Part shown: positions 25,054 through 27,965 of the stretch, in pieces
Layout: every line of letters starts with the position of its first letter
Numbering within the stretch: the first letter of the stretch is position 1
NCBI GenBank assembly: GCA_031285205.1
Contig: JAITWO010000002.1
Span: forward strand, 1 to 27,965
Length of the DNA: 27,965 bases
Direction: 5' to 3'
Source of the DNA: Methanomassiliicoccaceae archaeon
GTDB lineage: Archaea > Thermoplasmatota > Thermoplasmata > Methanomassiliicoccales > Methanomethylophilaceae
Translations under genes and position numbers: made by a program
The notes under the pieces: model-generated
Databases searched by the model: none
What the model saw: only the letters and a program-made list of their open reading frames with translations
Told to the model about the DNA's origin: nothing

Positions 25054-26144
25054 AGAAGTTCATCCGCCAGTTCCGTGAGGTCGACGACGCGCTTCGCATC
25101 CCCGGACATCCCGAACCTCAGGTTATTGACGCAGAACGGGCATGTTGTGATTATCAGGTCTGCGGACGCCGCCTCCTCGAGCCTCGCTTCAGCCATCATC
25201 TTCGATTCGTTCGGATATGCTGACCTGACGCCTCCGCCTCCGCCGCAGCAACGGCTTGTCTCCCTGTTGTTGGCCATTTCGGTGAACTCTATGCCGGGTA
25301 TCTTCTTTATGACGTTCCTGGGAGCGTCGTACACGTGCGCATGTCTCCCGAGGTGGCACGGGTCGTGGTATGTCGCCTTGACCTTCATCTCCTTTAACTT
25401 AAGGTCCTGCGCATCCAGGAATTCGGCCATGTGCAGCACTTTGAAAGGAACGTCCACGTACTTGGGATACTCTTCCTTGAACATCCTGTAGCATCCCGCG
25501 CATGACAGCACCAAAGTTTCGATGCCCTGCTTCCTTATCGCTTTGACATTGTGGTCCATCATCTTCACGACATCGTTATTGTCCCATCCTATGCGTTGCA
25601 TGACGCTTCCGCAGCATTTGCAGTCCGCCACCGTGTGATCCGTTCCCAGTTTCCTGAAGATCGACAGCGCAGCGTTGGTCGTCTCCGGTGTCCTGAATGT
25701 TGCCGAACATCCCGGGAAATACCCCACCTTTGCGTTCTTCGGCTTAACTTTCAGGCGCTGGACCATTGTGTCCTTCTCACCGTAGGGATTGCCGAAGTTC
25801 AGTATGTTCTCCGCCACTGCCTTGTGCTTCGGAAGTATGTGGCCGTTGCTCACGAGGTCTGCGCGGCACATCTCCACTATCTCAACGATATCCACCTTTG
25901 AGGGGCATCTGCGGACGCAGTCCATGCATGTGGTGCATGTGTATATGTTCTCTATTACCGACGCATCCGCCGGGATGTCCCCGGTCAGAAGGCCGTATGA
26001 TAATATCACCCTTCCTCTTGCCACCGATGAGTCCCATTTTATGGCCTTGAACGACGGACACACACTTTTACAGAATCCGCACATGGTACACACGTTCACG
26101 GCATTCTTCACCTTATCAAGATTTTTTATGCTGATCTTGCTCAT
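25050..26144 (-). CDS. HdrD/GlpC-like (Fe-S)-binding protein with two CCG domains
   Basis: CTMCGFCKSVCP and CTTCMDCVRRCP [4Fe-4S] motifs; CCG-type motifs YFPGC...CKCCGS, LSCAGCYRMF, YHDPCHLGR...SRCCGGGGG. Confidence 0.88.
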   Translation of the reverse strand: MSKISIKNLDKVKNAVNVCTMCGFCKSVCPSFKAIKWDSSVARGRVILSYGLLTGDIPADASVIENIYTCTTCMDCVRRCPSKVDIVEIVEMCRADLVSNGHILPKHKAVAENILNFGNPYGEKDTMVQRLKVKPKNAKVGYFPGCSATFRTPETTNAALSIFRKLGTDHTVADCKCCGSVMQRIGWDNNDVVKMMDHNVKAIRKQGIETLVLSCAGCYRMFKEEYPKYVDVPFKVLHMAEFLDAQDLKLKEMKVKATYHDPCHLGRHAHVYDAPRNVIKKIPGIEFTEMANNRETSRCCGGGGGVRSAYPNESKMMAEARLEEAASADLIITTCPFCVNNLRFGMSGDAKRVVDLTELADELL

Positions 26145-27385
26145 TGGACCACCTTAGGTATCGTGACGCTTCCGTCCATCAATATCAGGATGCGCGCATC
26201 GGGTTTTTGTCTGAGCGCCTCGCTGACGGCATCGGCGACCGTATCGAACGGGCGCATGTTCGCCGAACTTATTAATCCCTTTTGCAGGTCCGTTACCGCC
26301 CATACCTCCGCCCATACCATTATCTCGGCCATCTTCGCCGCCTTATGGTATCCCAGCTTGTACTCCTTCCCAAGATCCTCAAGGACCTTCTTCGGGTCCC
26401 CGGACGACGACAGCTGGTCCAGGAACGTCGCGTGGCCTATGCCCTCCCTGCATTTTGATACCATCAGTATCTTCCCGCCTTCCTTCAGGGCCCATTTCCC
26501 GTTGTCCAGTGCTTTCTGCGACTGGTACAGGTCAACGTCCATCGGGTACGGCGCCACGGAGATCACCATGTCCGCCTTCTCCGGGACCGGGACGGAGAAC
26601 ACTTCGTTCGCCCATCCGACCGCCCTGTCGAACGCCTTGTGAAGATCTCCGGCGGCAACTTTGTAGATATCCTGATGGCGGTCCAGGACCATCTGTATCG
26701 AGAATATCGATTTTCCTTTGACCACTTCAAGGGCATCCATCATGTCCTCGTGGACCGGGTTCCCTTCAAGGACCAGCGACTGTGCCTCCATCTTCATCGC
26801 CAGTTTATGGTTCTGTTCCACTGTCTTGAATGATGCGACTCCCGGAAGGAATGATTTCCTGCCTCCTGTGTAGCCGGCGAAATAGTGTGGTTCGACACTT
26901 GTGATTATCACCAGGCGGTCTGCATCCACGGCGATCTTGTTCACTTCCATATCGGTGCCGTTCTTCGACCTTCCCAGCCGGACGCATTCCGATCCCTTGG
27001 AATCGTGGCAGATTATCCTGTCCTTCAGTTTTGCATAGTGGGCGCCGAACACGAAGCCGTATTCTTCCTGGGTCATGTCCCTATGCGTCCCCGTTGCGAT
27101 GAGGTATCTGGCATCCCTCAGGTCCATGCGTTCCGACAGTGCGTCCAGGACCTTCGCCGTCGGCGTCGGTCTGGTGCGGTCGTTCACTATGAACACCGTG
27201 TCCTTCCCTCCTTTGAGGAAATCAGAGAGCGAAGCGTAACCTATCGGGTTGTCGATGGCATCATTTATCACCTTCCCCGGGTCACCGCACCTGACGTCCT
27301 TCGGATAGAATATGCCGATCATGTTCTTATCGGGAACATCTATCCTCTGCGCCCCGTCCTTGCCGTATTTGATATCTATCTTCAT
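26141..27385 (-). CDS. larA: LarA-family (lactate racemase-like, nickel-pincer family) protein
   Basis: VFIVNDRTRPTPT, LIATGTHRDMTQEE, HDSKGSECVRLG, ITSVEPHYFAGYTGGRKSFLPG, NHKLA, GNPVHEDM; specificity not assignable from sequence. Confidence 0.82.
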   Translation of the reverse strand: MKIDIKYGKDGAQRIDVPDKNMIGIFYPKDVRCGDPGKVINDAIDNPIGYASLSDFLKGGKDTVFIVNDRTRPTPTAKVLDALSERMDLRDARYLIATGTHRDMTQEEYGFVFGAHYAKLKDRIICHDSKGSECVRLGRSKNGTDMEVNKIAVDADRLVIITSVEPHYFAGYTGGRKSFLPGVASFKTVEQNHKLAMKMEAQSLVLEGNPVHEDMMDALEVVKGKSIFSIQMVLDRHQDIYKVAAGDLHKAFDRAVGWANEVFSVPVPEKADMVISVAPYPMDVDLYQSQKALDNGKWALKEGGKILMVSKCREGIGHATFLDQLSSSGDPKKVLEDLGKEYKLGYHKAAKMAEIMVWAEVWAVTDLQKGLISSANMRPFDTVADAVSEALRQKPDARILILMDGSVTIPKVVQ

Positions 27386-27485
27386 TGAAATTATGACAGC
27401 GGCAGAGCCGTATTAATCATTTATGCCGTTCCTAAGAAAACATTATGACTGAAAGGTTTTTTTATGCGCATTCCGTTGTGAAACC

Positions 27486-27965
27486 GTGGCATCACTGAAG
27501 GATATCGGGGAGCGTGCGCTCGTTGACCGTATCATCAGGAGTATGAAAGGTACCGCACATCTCGGGCCGGGGGATGATGCCGCCTGCGTTGACATAAACG
27601 GAGCTAAGGTGGTCATATCCACTGACATTGTCACCTTTGAGAGGCACATGGCCAAAGGATCCACGATGGAACAGTTCGGATGGCTTGCAGCGGCCGTGAA
27701 TTTCAGTGATATCGCAAGCATGGGGGCACGCCCCCTTGGAATTCTGACTGCGGTCTCCCTTCCGCCGGAGACGGATGAGGATGTGCTGTATGATATCGTG
27801 AGCGGCATAGACCAATGCGCCGAGTTCTGCGGCGCCGAAGTTCTGGGCGGCGACACGAAATCAGGTCACGGATCGGTGTGCGGCACCGCTGTCGGGATAT
27901 GCGAGCATAATGTGCTCACCCGCTCCGGCGCCAGGCTCGGGGACCTTGTCGCCGTCACCGGCTCC
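27486..27965 (+). CDS. thiL: Thiamine-monophosphate kinase, truncated by window end
   Basis: Manual translation from GTG at 27486: MASLKDIGERALVDRIIRSMKGTAHLGPGDDAACVDINGAKVVISTDIVTFERHM...NFSDIASMGARPLGILTAVSLP...LGGDTKSGH; open to the edge so absent from the ORF track. Confidence 0.85.
   Translation, partial: MASLKDIGERALVDRIIRSMKGTAHLGPGDDAACVDINGAKVVISTDIVTFERHMAKGSTMEQFGWLAAAVNFSDIASMGARPLGILTAVSLPPETDEDVLYDIVSGIDQCAEFCGAEVLGGDTKSGHGSVCGTAVGICEHNVLTRSGARLGDLVAVTGS

Noticed and set aside
1-27965. CRISPR array, prophage, transposase, or rRNA
   Set aside because: No regularly spaced identical repeats, no integrase/transposase motifs and no rRNA-like sequence were recognised on reading either strand.

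Overview
Archaeal chromosomal window. Gene content and family signatures (archaeal TyrRS, RpoN, uS9, uL13, eL18, Fe-S/HdrD-like protein, DUF1638) suggest a methanogen-related Thermoplasmatota such as Methanomassiliicoccales; this assignment is inference. Two loci stand out. (1) A tight four-gene operon on the minus strand (23923->21907) encodes a compact eukaryote-like ubiquitin-type conjugation system: an E1-like ThiF adenylating enzyme, a 79-aa beta-grasp Ubl ending exactly in Gly-Gly, an E2/UBC-fold protein with HPN and catalytic Cys, and a JAMM/MPN isopeptidase with an intact EVMG...HSHx7SxxD motif. (2) A plus-strand arsR-hgcA-hgcB operon (16843..18439) encodes the corrinoid and ferredoxin pair required for mercury methylation, with the NVWCAAGK cap-helix motif and a di-cluster ferredoxin with C-terminal cysteines. 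Other notable regions are a four-gene zinc-ribbon cluster with two 8-aa PPEY-like repeat arrays (195..3787), two giant tandem paralogs, the second with an expanded 29-aa repeat (11340..16760), a nuclease-less EVE/PUA-like protein, a LarA + CCG Fe-S protein + FolP operon, and a tRNA-Pro(GGG). All family calls are by motif reading only; no searches or structure predictions were run.
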